From positions 269-64,268 of IMG/VR virus record IMGVR_UViG_3300037439_000266: a DNA stretch of 64,000 bases. One strand, written 5' to 3'. Within the stretch, counting starts at the first letter, position 1; every line of letters starts with the position of its first letter. The notes under the pieces were generated by a model, which had not been told where the DNA came from, made no database searches, and worked only from the letters and a program-made list of their open reading frames with translations. The stretch comes from a virus. Taxonomy: Duplodnaviria > Caudoviricetes. Shown here piece by piece: positions 63,376 to 64,000 of this stretch. The position numbers were made by a program, and so were the translations under genes.

Positions 63376-63404
63376 TTGTCGCCCGGTCACGGCGGGGGTA
63401 TGCT
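63376..63404 (+). promoter_or_regulatory. Promoter TTGTCG-17-TATGCT
   Basis: Spacing; paralogous module. Confidence 0.75.
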
Positions 63405-63467
63405 TGGGGGGAACGGCCCCGCCGGGGCCCCGGTCCCGCAAACCTCACGAACCACAAGGAGCACACG

Positions 63468-63725
63468 ATGAACACGAACCTCACCGGCCTCGCGAACCTC
63501 ACCGACCACGAGGTCATCGCCGCCATCAAGGATATCCACGCGACCCACCAGACCCAGGAGTGGCGTCCCGAATGGTCCGCCACACAGACCACCGAGAACC
63601 TCATCGCCACCATGGGCGACATCGACCCCACCGACATCGACGACCTCGCCGTCCTCATCGTCCTCGCCGACCCCGCCCGCGCCATGGACCTCGCCCGTCG
63701 CGTCGACCACGACCGCAACGCCTGA
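63468..63725 (+). CDS. Early protein, 85 aa; paralog of 62656..62934
   Basis: RBS aaggag. Confidence 0.8.
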   Translation: MNTNLTGLANLTDHEVIAAIKDIHATHQTQEWRPEWSATQTTENLIATMGDIDPTDIDDLAVLIVLADPARAMDLARRVDHDRNA

Positions 63726-63828
63726 CCCACCGACCCCGGGGCCCTCACGGGCCCCGGGGGGCCCGCCCGCCTCACGGACGCCATCCCGGCACGGACAGCC
63801 CGTGAACCTCACCCGAAAGAAGGACCTC

Positions 63829-63999
63829 ATGACCACCACCAGCCCCGCCCGCCCCCGGTTCGGCCACGGCCCGATGGCCCCCGCCCCCGCCAAGGCCGCC
63901 GCCCAGAACGCCCGTCGCGAGGCGGCCCAGGCACGGTGCGCCGCCGCCGGTCACGTCGTCCCCGCCGATCGCCTGGCCTGCGCCGCCTGTGGGGGGTAA
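63829..63999 (+). CDS. Early microprotein, 56 aa (C...H...CAAC)
   Basis: RBS gaagga. Confidence 0.7.
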   Translation: MTTTSPARPRFGHGPMAPAPAKAAAQNARREAAQARCAAAGHVVPADRLACAACGG

Positions 64000-64000
64000 C

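Noticed and set aside
1-64000. Integrase/repressor lysogeny module or tmRNA
   Set aside because: No tyrosine/serine recombinase motifs and no tmRNA ends recognised; these could lie outside the window

Overview
This window holds most or all of a high-GC, apparently lytic actinobacteriophage (siphovirus-type) genome; no integrase or CRISPR array was seen. Both window edges fall in the same early region of promoter-plus-microgene modules, which carries four host-type parS palindromes. Layout: (1) 2.9-15 kb, a minus-strand accessory arm with a tandem array of Zn-ribbon microproteins, a HicA-like protein, an antitoxin-like fragment, a HAD phosphatase and an internally deleted PurB; (2) 15-22.5 kb, two divergent tRNA arrays (about 27 tRNAs plus several tRNA-like RNAs lacking a normal anticodon arm) flanking a candidate origin, a primase-polymerase/helicase and an XRE HTH gene; (3) 22.7-32.3 kb, replication and nucleotide metabolism (Cas4-like exonuclease, AAA recombinase, SSB, family A polymerase, RuvC-like resolvase disrupted by HNH genes, PurZ0-type synthetase, DUF1599-like protein, dUTPase-like protein), which suggests 2-aminoadenine (Z) DNA; (4) 32.4-61.9 kb, the minus-strand virion and lysis operon. 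The strongest novel candidates are: a six-gene glycan-building cassette (nitroreductase, GT32, sulfotransferase, FkbM methyltransferase, GT-A, Stealth-like) inside the virion operon, paired with a shared Cys...ESP C-terminal tag on capsid, tail and other virion proteins; a PurB that has lost exactly its two catalytic segments; a phage parS cluster with no parAB; and an Acb2/Tad1-like sponge in the head module. All family assignments come from motif recognition by eye, without database searches, and coordinates were counted manually.
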